In this document: positions 1-9,811 of the stretch, piece by piece | How positions within the stretch are numbered: the first letter of the stretch is position 1 | How the letters are laid out: every line of letters starts with the position of its first letter | From: Pelagomonas calceolata | Lineage: Eukaryota | Length of the DNA stretch: 64,000 bases | NCBI GenBank assembly: GCA_918797485.1 | Contig: CAKKNE010000004.1 | Span: 3,224,001-3,288,000, forward strand | Reading direction: 5' to 3' | The notes under the pieces: model-generated | The model's database searches: none | Told to the model about the DNA's origin: nothing | Seen by the model: the letters and a program-made list of their open reading frames with translations, nothing else | Translations under genes and position numbers: made by a program

Positions 1-749
1 GCGCGGTTCGACGAAGCGCCCGCGTACGCTTGTAATGCGTCGCCGAGCATGGCCGGGCCGGTCAGGTCGAGCACCGGGATATGGCCGCCCGCGCAGTACG
101 CGCTACGCTCGCCCGCGCATGCCTCGGCGTCCCCAGAAAACGCCGCGATGCGATCCGCGGCGAGCAAGGCGGCGTGCAACGGGAAACCGTGGCCCTTCTC
201 GCAGGCGAACGCCCAATTCAGCGGCGCCGAGGGGTCGTCGGCGACCGAGCCCTCCCACGCGAAGACGCAGCCGTCGATCTCGAGTTCGGAGAGAGGATCG
301 TCGATGCAGACCGCATCCGCGTCGAGCCACCAACCTCCGTAAGTGTGGACAAGCAGCAGCCGCGCGAGGTCCGTGCGCAGGACGAAATGTTTCGAGAACG
401 GTGGTCTCCGAAGAGCATCAATGGCGGTCGCGATTCTCGCGTCGAGCGCCGCCGCCTCGTCGAGAAACGCGTCTAGCGCCGCGTCGTCGTACCAGATCGT
501 CGCGTAGCCGGGGTTCTGTACCGCGCAGGAGACGACGTTGCGCCGCGTGCGACCGAGTCGCGCGCCGCCGCCGGCCGCCGTCAGCGCCGCGGCGGAGAAG
601 TTGTGGGACCGGTGTAGTACTCGCAGGTCGTCAATGATGCGCGGCGGCGCGTCGTGCCAGTGCGGCACGCCCGTCGCAGCGGTCTTGCGGTGGTCTAGGT
701 ACTGCTGCCCATGAATGACAGTGATTGTGCACATCAATTGCCATATCAT
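1..749 (-). CDS. Glycosyltransferase family 32 (DXD sugar-binding, OCH1-like), secreted; runs off window start
   Basis: Manual translation (absent from ORF track): MIWQLMCTITVIHG...QNPGYATIWYDDAAL...LRTDLARLLLVHTYGGWWLDADAVC...LNWAFACEKGH...VLDLTGPAML, with GG..DxD and TGP motifs of GT32. Confidence 0.8.
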   Translation of the reverse strand, partial: MIWQLMCTITVIHGQQYLDHRKTAATGVPHWHDAPPRIIDDLRVLHRSHNFSAAALTAAGGGARLGRTRRNVVSCAVQNPGYATIWYDDAALDAFLDEAAALDARIATAIDALRRPPFSKHFVLRTDLARLLLVHTYGGWWLDADAVCIDDPLSELEIDGCVFAWEGSVADDPSAPLNWAFACEKGHGFPLHAALLAADRIAAFSGDAEACAGERSAYCAGGHIPVLDLTGPAMLGDALQAYAGASSNR

Positions 750-856
750 CCTGGAGTCATCGAACCCTTACGCATGGATCGCAGACGAAGGATTTGGGCT
801 GCCCGATGCAGTGACGGCGTGTTTAGGCCACCAAAAAAGCAGGCTTGTCGGAATTC

Positions 857-879
857 CTAGTGTCTTACCGGCCGCTAGC
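857..879 (+). promoter_or_regulatory. CTAG-N14-CTAG intergenic element copy
   Basis: ctagtgtcttaccggccgctagc, ~110 bp upstream of the GT32 ATG. Confidence 0.75.
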
Positions 880-974
880 AAAGCCGTGCACAAACTATAT
901 TCGCGCCAAACTTCAGGCAATTTTAACTGGCCCTAGCCGAATGAGAAAATTGTGCGCGGACATAACAAATCACA

Positions 975-2232
975 TCAATAAAGGTCGACGCTCCGCCCCG
1001 CGAAAGCCGCGTCGACGGCCTCGACGAGCTCGCCGAGGATCGCCTCGACCAGCCCGGGCGAAAAGCAGAAGTGCGTGCAGTCGCGGCCGCCCGGGTGCAA
1101 GTCCCAGAGCGGCTGCGTGAGCTCGTGGAGCCGGAGCATGCGCAGCCGCGGCGTCGGTCCGCCGGTGCGGTTCCCCTGGGCCGCGCGGAAGGCGTCCCAG
1201 GCGACGGCGTTGCGCCAGCCCGTGTCGAGCTCCGCCTCGGGGTGCTGCCGTCCCGCGCCGTGGCAGGACGCGTTGTGGAACGACGCCGGCACGCAGTTGT
1301 AGTGCGCGATGGGGCGCGCGCTGGATTTCATCCCAGATGCGAAGTAGCCGCCCGTCGTCGTCGCCTGTGTGGAAATCAAAATTTTACGGCGCGTTCCTCC
1401 ACGCCATCGACGCGACGCCTGCTCGATGGCGTGGCGATGCCGGTTCCGCTCGACCGAGCCACGACGGCCGCGTCATGCACCCGACGCACTGGTTGATTTC
1501 CACACAGATCGTCGCGAAGTGCTGGGCCGTCGTTTCCGCGTACAGGGCGACCGCGCCCGCGTCGACGGCCTCCATGAGGACGGAAAAGATGACCTTGAGG
1601 TGCGCCGCCAGCTCCGCGTGGTCGTGGTGGTGCAGCCCCATGTTCGCCACGAAGACAGTTTGGGAAGAGGCCGCGCCCACCACGCCCCGCTGCCACGCCT
1701 CGTTTTCGGTGGACGGTATTATAGGAGCCCCCGCTGGAAGCAGGCTTCGACGAGCGACGCCCAACTCATCGAAGGGACTGAAGCCGCAGTACTCTTGGCT
1801 CGTCTCGACGATCTGCCGCGCCACGGAGTCGCCCATCCACCGGACCAGAGTAATGTCGCGGCGCGCCCGCATCTCACGATACGCTCCGCAACGATTGGTC
1901 GCGTTGGGCCCGGGGAGCCAGCTCGGCCACGCGTAGGTCGACTTACGCGCCCGCAGCGCGGGCCAGCCCTCGTGCGGCCGGTTCGGTACCGCGTTCACGA
2001 ACTTCGGGCAGTCGTGGCGCGTCTGGTGCTTGCCGTCTTGCCGATGAGGCTTGCAGGCTTTTTTTGTGCAGTTGCCCGCCGTGAAGAGCAGGCAGGCCTC
2101 GCAGTCAGTGCGCGGCACGGCCGCCCAGACGGCGCGCTGCGCCGTGTCGTTCCGCGACGAGAGGTCGTAGGTGCGGCAGGCCCGCTCGGTCGCGCTGGCA
2201 GCAATGAGCGTGCAGAGCAGGTGCCGGATCAT
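975..2232 (-). CDS. Secreted SGNH/PC-esterase (TBL-like O-acyltransferase/esterase); exons 2232-1516 and 1364-975
   Basis: Signal peptide MIRHLLCTLIAASA, WMGDSVARQ (GDS) in exon 1, RDCTHFC (DxxH) in exon 2; removing 1365-1515 joins the two ORFs in frame. Confidence 0.75.
1365..1515 (-). mobile_element. Introner-type intron (GC-AG) with 15-bp TIRs and 8-bp TSD
   Basis: TIRs ctgtgtggaaatcaa (1365-1379) / ttgatttccacacag (1493-1507); flanks gtcgtcgc (1357-1364) / atcgtcgc (1508-1515); splicing restores frame. Confidence 0.85.
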
Positions 2233-2431
2233 CTCTCAGCTGCAGCTGTCTATGCTGCGCGGCGACCGTGGATATGAGGAGGTACCCTATCCTCTTGCCG
2301 CAGCCATTGCCATTCGGCCTAGCGCCGATAGCAATCGAGTTGCCGAGTGATATATGGATCGCAGACGAAGGATTGGGCTGCCCGATGCAGCGGATAGCGC
2401 GTGCCAGGCGCGACAAGTGACGGCTTGTATT

Positions 2432-2455
2432 GCTAGTGTCTTACAGGACGCTAGC
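2432..2455 (+). promoter_or_regulatory. CTAG-N14-CTAG element copy
   Basis: gctagtgtcttacaggacgctagc, midway between divergent ATGs 2232 and 2645. Confidence 0.8.
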
Positions 2456-2644
2456 GGATTATCCCGGCACACGTTAAGTTTTCAGCCCACGCGCGGCAGC
2501 CGGTACCCCGCCGCGTCGACGGTGTGACAACGCTGCGCCACAGCCCAGGTGCCACGCGCACCACCGGACACAAGAGCCCGCGCGTCTCACGCGTCGTTAC
2601 AGCAAAACCGTCTGACGACGCAGCAGCGGAGTAAAAAAGCGACC

Positions 2645-3412
2645 ATGGAGTTCATCACGCAACAAACACAAAGCATGAGCCTCGCCGGCGCGCCGCCGCA
2701 GCGCCAGCCCAAAAAGTACGGCGGCGGCGGCCAGCGCCACCAAAAGAACCGCCGCGGCGGCAAGGCGAATCACAACAAACAGAAGCAGCCGGGCGACAAC
2801 AAGGAGAACCAGAGGAACGGCGCCAACGCGCGAAGGAGGCACCGCCAGCACCGCGGCGGCGGCGGCCAGAAGCGGGCCCTCGCGGCCGCGGCCGCGGCCG
2901 GCCAACCGCCGCCGCAGGGCTTCTACTGGGTCGGCTACGGCGGCATGCCCTTCCAGCCGGCGCCGGGGACCTACCCGAACCGGACCTACGTCAGACCCAA
3001 CGTACAGGCGCCGCCACCGTGGCCGGGCGTCTTCCACGCGCCGCCCCGGGCGCCGGCCGAGGAGGGACCCTCGTTATGCTTCACGGTCGGCGACACGCCG
3101 GCCAAGGCCGTCGTCACGCCGCAGCGCAAGCCGTCTTCTACAATCTGCCCGACGACCTGCGGGCCGACGCCGAACTCGGACGCAAAGCTGCGGCGGAACC
3201 TCGCGGACGTCTACGCGTCCTTCGACTGCGTGCTCATGAACCACGCGATTGAAGTGAGCGAGCGGGCGGCGGCTGCACGGACACAGGGGCCACGCGAAGA
3301 GCTCACGGCCGACGCGGCGTTGGCGGCGGCCGCGGCGGCTTCTGCGGATGCGGCCCTTGCCGCTGCGGCGGACGCCGCGCTCGGGGATGCTTCGACGTCG
3401 TCGGAGAGGTGA
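2645..3412 (+). CDS. Hypothetical low-complexity protein
   Basis: ORF from accATGgag, GC-rich third positions, Gln/Gly/Ala-rich; no recognised domain. Confidence 0.6.
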   Translation: MEFITQQTQSMSLAGAPPQRQPKKYGGGGQRHQKNRRGGKANHNKQKQPGDNKENQRNGANARRRHRQHRGGGGQKRALAAAAAAGQPPPQGFYWVGYGGMPFQPAPGTYPNRTYVRPNVQAPPPWPGVFHAPPRAPAEEGPSLCFTVGDTPAKAVVTPQRKPSSTICPTTCGPTPNSDAKLRRNLADVYASFDCVLMNHAIEVSERAAAARTQGPREELTADAALAAAAAASADAALAAAADAALGDASTSSER

Positions 3413-3472
3413 CACGGTGCGTAAGAAGACATATCGTATGAGTCCGACGTCGCGTCGATAGCGTTCCGCGCT

Positions 3473-3496
3473 GCTAGTGTGTTACAGGCCGCTAGC
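3473..3496 (+). promoter_or_regulatory. CTAG-N14-CTAG element copy
   Basis: gctagtgtgttacaggccgctagc upstream of ATG 3725. Confidence 0.8.
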
Positions 3497-3724
3497 TAAA
3501 TAGCCCAGTGCCAAAAAGTGGTGGACTGCGGCGCACAGATCGCTGGTACACCAGCCGTAGCGCGGTGGTTCGAACAGCGCCTGATCGCTGCTAGTGCTGG
3601 CGAAGAGAAAACGGCACCTCGCGCCGTAGCGTAGACAAAAAGCTCTTCAGACTCCCAGAGCCCCTGGCCGAAAAAAGCGCTCCGGCGAGGACAAAAGAAT
3701 AAAACACGAGGTCAAAAGCATAAA

Positions 3725-4774
3725 ATGGCCGCCCTCGTCGCCAGCCCAAACCAAGACACCCCTTTGGGAGGCGAAAACTACGTCGTCGTGACGATCGAGG
3801 AGGTCGAGCTCTCGCTGAACGCCGTCGTCGCCTTACCGAGCGACGACGAGGACGATAATGAAGGCGCCGCCGACGCCGCGCTGGAGGCGCGCGTGGCGGC
3901 GACGCAGCAGGTCGCCGACGTCCAGGAGCTCTGGATGTTAGATAGGTCCGCGAAGGCTCGAAGGGACGCGGCTTTGTTAGGCGGTTCCTCTGAAGCCGTC
4001 GTGCCCGAGGACGATGAACTGAGACGGAATCAATTACGGGCGTCCCTCATAACGAGGCAGGCGCCCTCACCACAATTGAATCCGCCGCCCTCGTTTACGA
4101 CGACCGACGACTTGGTCGCCCACGTCCAGGAGGGCGTCACGTACACGCACGCGGTCAAACAAAGCGCGACGAAACGCGACGGCGGCGAGGCGCAGTCGCG
4201 GAGGGACGTGGAAAGAGACCGGTTGTTGCTGGATGGGCGGGGGCCGGCGCTCGAGGGTGGTAGGGTCGGCTACGACCGCGTCGTCGCGTCGTTGGTGAGC
4301 GCGCAGCGGAAACTCGTGCAGCGGGCCGACGCGGCGGCCTGGCGCCAGAATGTAAATGATGCGACGTACGATGCCTTCGCCAAGGCGGCTCTGGTTGCGG
4401 TGAATCGCACGGAGAGCGGCGGGGCCGCCTTAGACGCGGTCGTCGCGACGGTGGCCGGCGAAGACGGTTCAAAACTATTAGTACCGGTGCCCGATTCCAG
4501 AAGAGCGGAACCTTTGAGGGTCCACTTGGATCTGGGGCCGTACGCTTGTGACGACGGCTGGCGCTGGGGCATTAGGGCAAGGGTCGAGGGCACGACGTTC
4601 TACCGCCTCTTCGCGCCGGACGACTTCGACGAGGAACGGTTGCGGTGTACGGCGCGCTACGCGAACGCGCTGCTGCTGCCGCTCGACGGGCTGGGCGCCG
4701 AGGCGGTCGTCCGGGACGCGTCACGCGCGAGCGTCGTCGTCGCGCTCGAGCCGCCGGATCCGAAGCAGGCGTAG
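3725..4774 (+). CDS. Hypothetical protein (349 aa)
   Basis: Long ORF with aaaATGgcc start and coding-like composition. Confidence 0.7.
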   Translation: MAALVASPNQDTPLGGENYVVVTIEEVELSLNAVVALPSDDEDDNEGAADAALEARVAATQQVADVQELWMLDRSAKARRDAALLGGSSEAVVPEDDELRRNQLRASLITRQAPSPQLNPPPSFTTTDDLVAHVQEGVTYTHAVKQSATKRDGGEAQSRRDVERDRLLLDGRGPALEGGRVGYDRVVASLVSAQRKLVQRADAAAWRQNVNDATYDAFAKAALVAVNRTESGGAALDAVVATVAGEDGSKLLVPVPDSRRAEPLRVHLDLGPYACDDGWRWGIRARVEGTTFYRLFAPDDFDEERLRCTARYANALLLPLDGLGAEAVVRDASRASVVVALEPPDPKQA

Positions 4775-5069
4775 TCCCTCTCTCGTCGTGTGTATGTAGT
4801 AGTTTCCATTGGCCTGTGGTTTTACGCGGCGATGGCGTCCGGGCAAAACCTGTTTTGTTGCTCGAGTCTCGAGGCTGCAGCAAAGAGCGATTGCCGCGAT
4901 AGCCGTAGCCGCCCGCGTTCGTGAGTCGCTCCTTTCAAACGCCTCGAGACGCGCGAACGACGAGCCATCAATCTCTCGGCTCCTGCTGCACAGTTTTGCT
5001 TCAGTGATCCACAGGCGATTTTATTGTGAGGACCGGCGGAGCTGCGAGCTTAGATACACGATACAGGCG

Positions 5070-5486
5070 ATGCCCGAAGCCGCCGACGCGCCGGGCGCGG
5101 AGGAGGAAAAGGACGACGACGCGGGCCTGGGCGGGCTCTTCGACGACTCGCCGGACTCGGAGCCGGGTTCGCCACACATCATGAGCGCCGCCTGGGTCGA
5201 ACAAATGGCACGTGACCCAGGTTTCCAGCGGCATTTGCCTGGGATCGATCTCGCCTCCGCGCTGGCACGGATGGACCTTTCCCAGCGGGGTCAGGTCACA
5301 GAGCTCATAGCCAGGATCGAGGAACAGATGGCAAGAGCCGACGCGGAGGAAGCACGATGCGTCGCGACTGAGGCACAAATTGCCGAGGCAGTTAGACGAC
5401 GCGTTGCGGCGGAGGCACGAATTGCCGAGAGCAATAGACAAATCGCCGAGGAACACGCGAACGACCAATTCCCGGCAGGCGGGTAA
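5070..5486 (+). CDS. Hypothetical acidic/coiled-coil protein
   Basis: MPEAADAPG... ORF, converging on the next gene with a 12-bp gap. Confidence 0.5.
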   Translation: MPEAADAPGAEEEKDDDAGLGGLFDDSPDSEPGSPHIMSAAWVEQMARDPGFQRHLPGIDLASALARMDLSQRGQVTELIARIEEQMARADAEEARCVATEAQIAEAVRRRVAAEARIAESNRQIAEEHANDQFPAGG

Positions 5487-5498
5487 GAAATGATAAGG

Positions 5499-6428
5499 TT
5501 ACACGGCGAACAGCGCCTCCCACTTGTCCCCCCGCTTCGGCGGCGGTCGCTTCGGCGGCGGCTCGTCGACGTCCTCCGACGGCTCGACGACGACGCGCCG
5601 CTGCTTCCCGTCCACGTCCTCGAGCAGCTCCTCTGCCAGCGCCCGCGCGACGGGCGACCCGCGCCGGAGCGCCCGTCGCGACACGCGCCGCGCGGAGAGC
5701 TCCGCGGCACACAAACGCCCGGGCCCGGCCCAGGCCGGCGCCTCGCCGAGCCGCCGGTACGAGACGGCGTTCCGCGAGACGACGTATGATTCCCTACATT
5801 TCAGGCCCTTCTGCGCGCGCCGCGCCGCCGCCGTCTTCGCGCCGCCGACGCCGACGCCGAAGAGCCGCGCGAGGCCCCGCTTTTTGGGAGTCCCAACGTA
5901 GGCGTCGACTCTAGTTTCAAAGCCCTCGACGGCGAAGGTGGACACGCGCGGTTCCAAAGCTTTGTCTGCCGTCCGCGAACGGAGGGCCACCGTCGTGCCA
6001 TCGCGACGCAGTCCCAAGCGCACCGTCGCCGCGTAGGGCGGCGGCCGCGCTACGCTACGCGGCGGCGCGTCGGGCCGCGCGCGCCACTCGATGAGTTCGT
6101 CGCTTTCGTCGGCGTACGCGTACCTCCTTCGCACCTCGAACGCCCGCGGCTCTACCAAAAAGTCGTCGTCGTTCACATCATCCTCAGAATCGCCTCTTCT
6201 CGCGTCGCCCCGCAGCGCACGCGTCGCCTCGACGCCCTCGAGCCGCGCTATAACCACTCCCGTCGCCGGGTCCGTGAGCTGCCCGCTGCAGCGCCAGTAG
6301 TGCCACTGGCGCCCGCAGCCGAAGCGGGCGTCGCGCCATTTGTTAAATTGACGCGCGCGCGTGCGGAGCTTGTTGGCACATGCTGTTGTTGCCAGAAGTA
6401 ATAGCAGGCAGCGGCACGGCTTCGTCAT
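5499..6428 (-). CDS. Hypothetical protein with signal peptide
   Basis: MTKPCRCLLLLLATTACA leader; the ORF-track extension to 6836 overlaps the next gene and is likely spurious. Confidence 0.6.
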   Translation of the reverse strand: MTKPCRCLLLLLATTACANKLRTRARQFNKWRDARFGCGRQWHYWRCSGQLTDPATGVVIARLEGVEATRALRGDARRGDSEDDVNDDDFLVEPRAFEVRRRYAYADESDELIEWRARPDAPPRSVARPPPYAATVRLGLRRDGTTVALRSRTADKALEPRVSTFAVEGFETRVDAYVGTPKKRGLARLFGVGVGGAKTAAARRAQKGLKCRESYVVSRNAVSYRRLGEAPAWAGPGRLCAAELSARRVSRRALRRGSPVARALAEELLEDVDGKQRRVVVEPSEDVDEPPPKRPPPKRGDKWEALFAV

Positions 6429-6530
6429 GCTCAGCGAACGGCCGCACGGGTGCGCGCTGCAGCGATGCGATATCAGAACGGTCTGCGCGCGCGTCTGTGC
6501 AGCTGTGGGCGAGCTGTGCGGCTGAATGGG

Positions 6531-6553
6531 GCTAGCGGTGCGTAACACACTAG
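6531..6553 (-). promoter_or_regulatory. CTAG-N14-CTAG element copy
   Basis: gctagcggtgcgtaacacactag between divergent ATGs 6428 and 6688. Confidence 0.7.
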
Positions 6554-6687
6554 ATTTCTTTTTGCTTTGGGCTGCCCATCGCTGCCAAACACTGGCATAC
6601 GTGCTCGTCGGGCCCGCAGAATACGCTCCAGGCCGTTGAGGCTGCCCACTCCCACGCTTGCCGCCGCGGCAGCAAAGACAGACAGCC

Positions 6688-7563
6688 ATGGCACCCGCTC
6701 CCCCAAGCAAGGAGCTCTCCAGCCTCGAAAGCACGATAATCGGAGGCATCACTGGGAGCATCGCGGAAGCAGTGGTCATGCCGGCATTGGTCATCAAGAC
6801 GAGGATGATGGCCCAAGGCGCCGACGCGTCGCTCACGAGCTACCGGAGCGCCGCCCATGCTGCCTCGACCATGCTCCGCGACGAAGGGTTTGGCGCGTTC
6901 TACAAGGGGCTCGGTCTCTCTGTAGTATTCACTCCGTTAGCGCGCGGTTTGTACATGACGGGCATCGAAATGAGCCATTCGACCTTCGGCTCCGGCACTT
7001 CCGCGACGGATTTTGCGGCCGGGATGAGCGCCCAGCTCGTGTCGTCGATCGCGTACGTGCCCCGCGATATTGTGGTGGAGCGCTGCGCCATCGACGGCCA
7101 GATCGCCAAGCAGGTCGGCTCGACGGCCTCGTCGCTCGCGGCTCTGCGTACAATTTTCTCGACGGAGGGCGCCATGGGCTTCTTCCGGGCCTTCGTGCCG
7201 CACCAGCTCGTCTGGGTGCCCTTCAACGGCATCTTCATGTGGGCCCTGGGCCGGTGCAAGCAGTTCGGAGACGGTGAGCAGACCTACATAAGGGGCGTCG
7301 GGAACACGTTCTGCGCCGCGGCCTTCGCCGCCGCGTGCACGAACCCGATCGACGTCATCAAGACGCGGATGCAGATCGCCGGCGCGAACACGGAGGTCTT
7401 CGCCTACTCAGGACCGGCGGACTGCCTGAAGCAATTGATAAGGAAGGAGGGCGTGCGCGCCCTCTTCGCCGGCATCGGCGGGCGCTTCCTCTACACCGGC
7501 CCGGCCTTCGCGATCTTCTTCCCGACCTACGATTTGCTGAAGACGGCGTACGTGGCGCTGTGA
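6688..7563 (+). CDS. Mitochondrial carrier (SLC25 family) protein
   Basis: Three Px[DE]xx[KR]x[KR]-type repeats (PALVIKTR, PRDIVVER, PIDVIKTR) and EG..GFFR/EGVRALF motifs. Confidence 0.92.
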   Translation: MAPAPPSKELSSLESTIIGGITGSIAEAVVMPALVIKTRMMAQGADASLTSYRSAAHAASTMLRDEGFGAFYKGLGLSVVFTPLARGLYMTGIEMSHSTFGSGTSATDFAAGMSAQLVSSIAYVPRDIVVERCAIDGQIAKQVGSTASSLAALRTIFSTEGAMGFFRAFVPHQLVWVPFNGIFMWALGRCKQFGDGEQTYIRGVGNTFCAAAFAAACTNPIDVIKTRMQIAGANTEVFAYSGPADCLKQLIRKEGVRALFAGIGGRFLYTGPAFAIFFPTYDLLKTAYVAL

Positions 7564-7775
7564 CGCGCGAGGACTCTTGAATTCGCCGGTCCGGGGAGTT
7601 GTGTGTCGTCGCTGCGACCACTGGGGCCACGACGCCATCGACGCGCGCGCGGCGGCGACCACGCAGATCTCGTGGCGCAGCTCCACCTGCTCGAGAGCAT
7701 TGATTTGCCCATAGTTAACATAGTAAGCCTGTTGTGCATTAATAAACGAACGTAAGTTACTTCAGTACAACCCTC

Positions 7776-9479
7776 CTACTTGCGCGGCTTGCCCTTGCCG
7801 CCGGACTTCTTCTTGGCGACCTTGGACACGACGGGCTTCTTCTTCGCCGCGCCGGGCTTCGGCGGGAGCACCTTGAAGAAGGAGTCCATACGCCGCTGGG
7901 TCCGCGCGCCCTGAGCTTTCACAAGTTTCTTGAGCGCGCCCTCGACGCGGTCCGCGTTGAAGCCCATCTTCTCGATGAGGAACTCGCGGAGCTTCGCCTC
8001 GTCGGGCTTCTTCCACTCTAACGATACATCGGCGGCGGGCGTGACCTCGTGCTCGAGGAAGAGCTGGCGCGCCCAGACGTAGCGCGGCAGGAAGGGGCCC
8101 TCTTCTTCCGGTTCCTCCGGCGCCTCGGCCTCGGCCTTGGGCACCTTAGCGGCCGTCTCATCGCTGGCGTCCTCGCTCGGGCGCTTGGCGGCGGGCGTCT
8201 CCGCGGTTGCAACCGGCTCCGTGGCCATGGGCTCGGCGGCCGGCTCGGCCGGCTCGACGGCCATGGGCTCGGCCGCCTCGGCGGGCTTGGCCGGCTCGGC
8301 CGCGGGCTCGGTGGCCATCGGCTCGGCCGGCGCCGGCTCCGACGCGGCGGCGAACGCCGGCTCCGAGGCCGCGCTGAACGCCGGCTCCGAGGCCGCCGCG
8401 AACGCCGGCTCCGGCTCAGACGTCGAGGCGAAGACGGGCTCGGAAGAGGCCGCGAACGCGGGCTCGGAAGCCGCGCTGAACGCCGGCTCGGACGAGAACG
8501 TCGGCTCCTCCGCCGCCTTGACCTCCTTCAGCGGAGACGGCTTCTTCGGCTGACCAATCTCAGGCTTCTTCTTCTTGGGCGGCGCCACGCCTTGCCCGGC
8601 CACACGTTCATCGGGAGGCAGCCAGTTCGCGGGAACGTTCGCGCGATCCTTCGCCTTGAGACCCTTGCGCAGAATCTCTTCAATCGAACCGTGCTCCTTG
8701 ATGAGCTTGAGAGCCGTTTTAGGACCGACGCCCCGGATGGTGCCCGAATAGTCGCAGCCACATAAAATGCAGAAGTCGACGAATTGGGCATTCGTCAGCT
8801 CCAGACCCTCCAGCACGCGTTGATGCGTGATCTCCAGAATTTTTTTATCCGAATCTTTCCCCTTCTTCGTGAAGGTTAAGTTCCTTAATTGACGAGTAGC
8901 CCCAAAAGTTAACGCGTCCATGTCCTCCGTGCCGACGGCGTGCGCCTTCCCGCCTTTCACGAGCTCGCCGCATTGCGCTTCCGCTTCACAAGGAGCTTCG
9001 ACGACGGGCACGCCCATCATCCTCAGGAGGGCTTTGACATCTTCACAATCCTTGCGACTGACTTTTGTTAACATACCACTGTACTTTTCGATGTCTTCGG
9101 TGTTGCCCTCCTGTTGCGCCTTCTTGAGCTTCTCCTCGGCCTCCTTGCGCTTCGCTTGGCGCTTGGCCAATTCTCCATCTTTGGCCTCGGGCGGTCGCCC
9201 GTCGAAGACGTAAACCGGCTTCACGCCGCTTTCGAGCAACTTAATCGTGCGGTTGAACATGCCCTGGATGTGGCTCGTCTGTTCTCCCTCACTATTGGTG
9301 AGGACCGTGGCCGGGCCGCCCTCCCTACCATGGCCTCGGATCGCAATGAGGAACTGGTAGAGCGACATCGACGCGTCGATCGCGACGATGCGGCCCGTGT
9401 AGGCTTCCGGGCCCTGCAATTCCCGCACGGCGCCCGGGGCGAACTCCTGGATGAGGGGCATGAGGCCCTTGATGCCCAT
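7776..9479 (-). CDS. FEN1: Flap endonuclease 1 with a long low-complexity insertion
   Basis: MGIKGL, AIDASMSLYQF, VFDG, EAPCEAEAQC, EDMDALTFG, LCGCDY, GVGPKTA, PIP box QRRMDSFF. Confidence 0.97.
   Translation of the reverse strand: MGIKGLMPLIQEFAPGAVRELQGPEAYTGRIVAIDASMSLYQFLIAIRGHGREGGPATVLTNSEGEQTSHIQGMFNRTIKLLESGVKPVYVFDGRPPEAKDGELAKRQAKRKEAEEKLKKAQQEGNTEDIEKYSGMLTKVSRKDCEDVKALLRMMGVPVVEAPCEAEAQCGELVKGGKAHAVGTEDMDALTFGATRQLRNLTFTKKGKDSDKKILEITHQRVLEGLELTNAQFVDFCILCGCDYSGTIRGVGPKTALKLIKEHGSIEEILRKGLKAKDRANVPANWLPPDERVAGQGVAPPKKKKPEIGQPKKPSPLKEVKAAEEPTFSSEPAFSAASEPAFAASSEPVFASTSEPEPAFAAASEPAFSAASEPAFAAASEPAPAEPMATEPAAEPAKPAEAAEPMAVEPAEPAAEPMATEPVATAETPAAKRPSEDASDETAAKVPKAEAEAPEEPEEEGPFLPRYVWARQLFLEHEVTPAADVSLEWKKPDEAKLREFLIEKMGFNADRVEGALKKLVKAQGARTQRRMDSFFKVLPPKPGAAKKKPVVSKVAKKKSGGKGKPRK
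8328..8505 (-). repeat. Coding tandem repeat (~24-bp unit, AAASEPAF) in FEN1 insertion
   Basis: Repeated gaacgccggctc units encoding EPAF[SA]AAS. Confidence 0.8.
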
Positions 9480-9811
9480 GGTAGCTGTGCGGCGCTTTAG
9501 CGCTCGTTTGGGGCTTGGCGCTTAAAACGCTGTGTGCGGCTCGGCCGCTGCGAATGTGGCGCGGCGGCGGCGTGAGGTGGCGCAGCGGTGCTGGCGTCAG
9601 CTTTTGACAGCGTTGTGGCTGTCGGCGGCACGTCTATCGCGTGTGTGAGGCTGCGAGAGAACGATTTTCAAAATCAGTCTCGCAAACTAGCGTACATCAG
9701 CCCACTAGCCAGAATCTTGTGGCGCCCGCACTGGCGGAGGGCTTCAGAGTACCCCAGCGAGACAAAGGAAGTCATTATCACATCAAAATTACAACAAAAA
9801 AGCTCGTCTCG

